A stretch of 62,079 nucleotides of DNA, the filler included, from Circinaria calcarea (taxonomy: Eukaryota): assembly GCA_051942165.1 (NCBI GenBank). It is 25 parts of 25 records of this genome, joined end to end, with 100 filler letters (N's around TTAATTAATTAA, not from the genome) between each part and the next. Parts side by side here need not be neighbours in the genome. Positions count along the whole stretch, not along the records: positions 59,704 to 62,079 come from JAVECS010003596.1; 24 more parts are not named here. The stretch is one strand, 5' to 3'. Below the pieces are notes generated by a model. That model saw nothing but the letters and a program-made list of their open reading frames with translations, was not told where the DNA came from and made no database searches. The position numbers were made by a program, and so were the translations under genes. Of the stretch, positions 59,604-62,079 are shown one piece after another; the first letter of the stretch is position 1, and each line of letters opens with the position of its first letter.

Positions 59604-59703
59604 NNNNNNNNNNNNNNNNNNNNNNNNNNNNNNNNNNNNNNNNNNNNTTAATTAATTAANNNNNNNNNNNNNNNNNNNNNNNNNNNNNNNNNNNNNNNNN
59701 NNN

Positions 59704-61367
59704 GGACAAAGGCAACGGCGAGGAAGGTGCGCATGAGTGAGTTGGGTTCGGTTTTTGACCCCTTGTCTTAAGGAAGCGAAGCCCGTCAAACACGTCTGGA
59801 TTCGAATACTTGGCGTCGTTGTGCATAATATCCCAGGCCGGGACGCAGGCGATTTGTCCAAGGGCGACGTGGGGTCCGCCGTTGGAAAAGGTGTATGGCT
59901 TCAGGGCTTTGCGGCGGATGGCGACTTTGTCGAGAGGGTTGATGCGAACGGATTCCTTGATGAAGCTGTCGAGGACAGGGAGCCGAGCGATGCTCTCGCA
60001 GTCGAGGGCTGTCTGACTTTCGATTTCATGCCGGATCATGTCAATGTACTCTGGGCGAGCGCAGAGTTCTAAGAAGGCGAAATGCAGGTTCTGGTCGGAC
60101 TATCAGTGGCTGGGAGTTTGGAGTTGCAACGAGGAAGGGAAACGTACTATCCATGGCTGATGCGAAGCAGCAAACCATATCCCAATGATTGCTTGGATGA
60201 GTAGAGTTGGGTTCCAATACCGGGATTCGGCGGAGGCATCAGACATATTGTATAACAGAGTTACCTTCCATCGATCGTTTAGCCTCACGTACCATTGATA
60301 TAGCAGACTCTTCTCGAAGTGGAAACTCACCCTTTTCAAGGCCTCGTCTTCTCCCCAATCATCCCTTTCTTTATTCAGCGCTAGACGAAGACGCCTAAAG
60401 AGAATATTGAGAGCCTTTTTCTTGCTCGTTATCAAGTTGTGGACCCATCTTTCCTATGTCAGAACAATACAAAGTCTCCTTCGTGTACTTAAAACTCACG
60501 ACTGCATAAAAGTGGGAACGATTTGTGACACTCCCATGTAACGAACTATATCATCATAATAACGGGACATGGCAAAAGAGAACTCTGGTTCCTCAGCTAA
60601 AGATTGCTGTTAGTTTAAAGAGATTCTGAGCAGACGATACTTGCCTAATGTGTTCCCAAAGAAGTACACCCCCAACATTCCAGTAGCAAAGTCACGCATA
60701 AGGGGAGCCACCTTCACAGAATGCCAGCCTAGCAAAGATATCAGCACTGACGATTAATAGCTTACGGGTTTACTTCTGACTGTTATCAGCGGGAACCTTT
60801 GGATCGAGTTCCCTTTCAAAGGTCTGTTCACACCGACCAGTTAGATGTGGTAGCAAGGCATTGATCTGAGAAAGGCCGTTTATTCGAATCGCCCGAGCGT
60901 AAAGGCGGTAACGCAAATTCTTTTGCTCGTTCGGATCGAGAGACTGATCCGCATGGCTCATGGTATGTTCGAATCCGAAAATCTAATCCGGGATCAGTAA
61001 TAGTACCTTATGGTGGTAATTGGCGAGAACAGACGTCTGCATACACCGCTCTCTGGGAAAGATCCGGAGCTTCACTCAACTCTTGCATGGCATCTGGAGA
61101 TCGAATGAGAACGACCTCCTTGCGCCCAAACGGCTTATAATACACCCCGGATCGATAGTCTCGAATGGCCTTCTTCACCTTCTCTATAAAAGATGTGGAG
61201 GCACTCGCCCATTTTGGAAGAAACGAGAATATGTTAAAAATACAGAATTGCACGGCTGGGAGGCAGAGAAAATAGATTTCCAGAGCTTCGGCACCAATAA
61301 GAAAAACAGCAAATAAGATCTGAGGAAACATTGTCACGATGAAGCTTGATTCCCCGGAGCCGTACAT
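59704..61367 (-). CDS. Cytochrome P450 (secondary-metabolism type, ent-kaurene-oxidase-like), multi-exon; heme-binding C-terminus cut off
   Basis: N-terminal TM, I-helix IIGIWFAASHQPWI, LDSFIKESVR (ExxR), RRKALKPYTFSNG, NPDVFDGLRF (PERF region). Confidence 0.85.
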
Positions 61368-62079
61368 AACTGCCTTTCGGTCCGAAGAGTATTGAATAGT
61401 TCAATGCAGTTTCGAGTATTCTAGCGAAGAAAAGAAATATAGAATGTAGTTTGAGATCACAGGCTTGGGATTCCTCCTACTCATGGCAGTAGAAGGCGCA
61501 GCTCGCATCAGTTAACTTGAGAGCAGTGTCCCTCCATTATCCACGTGCTCCCCTGTAGAAACAAGTGCATGCTGATACGTCTGGTTGGCCTAGCAGCGGC
61601 GGAGAAAGTCGAAATTTGGCATATGACGGAAGATGCAGCTAACTGACCAGTGAATGGAATTTATTAGCATGGAGCGTGAAGGGTTGATTGTACTACACTA
61701 TGAGTAGATACGGGCATAGCCGTTCGATTCAGCCTAACCCCCCAGCATCCCTAATTACAGTTCGGATAGCTGGGGGATCACCATCGACGCCCTAGAGCAC
61801 GCTAAAACAATGCGTCATCCCGCAGAATCATAGATGCCAATTACTCCAAATCCAACGTCCACAAACCCACAAAGTCACATCCGGGGCCGCATGGTAATTC
61901 CCATGCTCAAGGGGGGCACGCGGGTGATAAAAAAAAGTGGAACACAAGTGAGCAGCCCTGCACAGTAAAGTGTCCCACTTTTTTGGTCACCCGCGTATCC
62001 CCTCCTCCTCCGCCGCATTTCACAAAAGCCACGTCCGGCGGACCAGTCTTAGTGATCAACGGGAGGCTAAACGAGATCG

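Noticed and set aside
61715..61780. tRNA-like element (GTTCGATTC plus a GC-rich hairpin)
   Set aside because: No acceptor stem, D arm or anticodon arm can be formed around the B-box-like word.
9982..62079. A biosynthetic or defence cluster formed by DUF3328, MBOAT, P450, protease and NLR
   Set aside because: Each gene is on a different contig; adjacency reflects length sorting only.

Overview
This window is not one contiguous locus. It is a pseudo-scaffold of 25 short contigs (about 2.38-2.40 kb each, sorted by decreasing length) joined by an artificial 100-nt linker (N44-TTAATTAATTAA-N44). Gene neighbourhoods therefore mean something only within a single contig. The DNA is from a filamentous ascomycete (Pezizomycotina): short GT-AG introns with CTRAY branch points and microsatellite-rich intergenic DNA. 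Most contigs carry pieces of housekeeping genes: PGC1-like GDPD, VTC4, VPS11, AFG1, U2SURP, aldA, MRE11, RPL35, HAP2, a 5'-nucleotidase-like phosphoesterase, GatA/HER2, PRX5, APS3, frataxin, PRS, YRB30, SUP35, PBN1 and SARAF. The more interesting accessory content becomes visible only after manual splicing. It includes a 4-exon trypsin-like serine protease without a signal peptide, a MazF/PemK-like fungal protein, and a small Cys-rich protein overlapping a downstream ORF. There is also a DUF3328/UstYa oxidase in AT-rich DNA, an NB-ARC/TPR NLR with 126-nt repeats, a LOV photoreceptor-like protein, and an unknown gene behind an 87-bp tandem array. Several accessory genes show single nonsense or frameshift lesions. 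All calls are by eye, from motif recognition, with no database searches.
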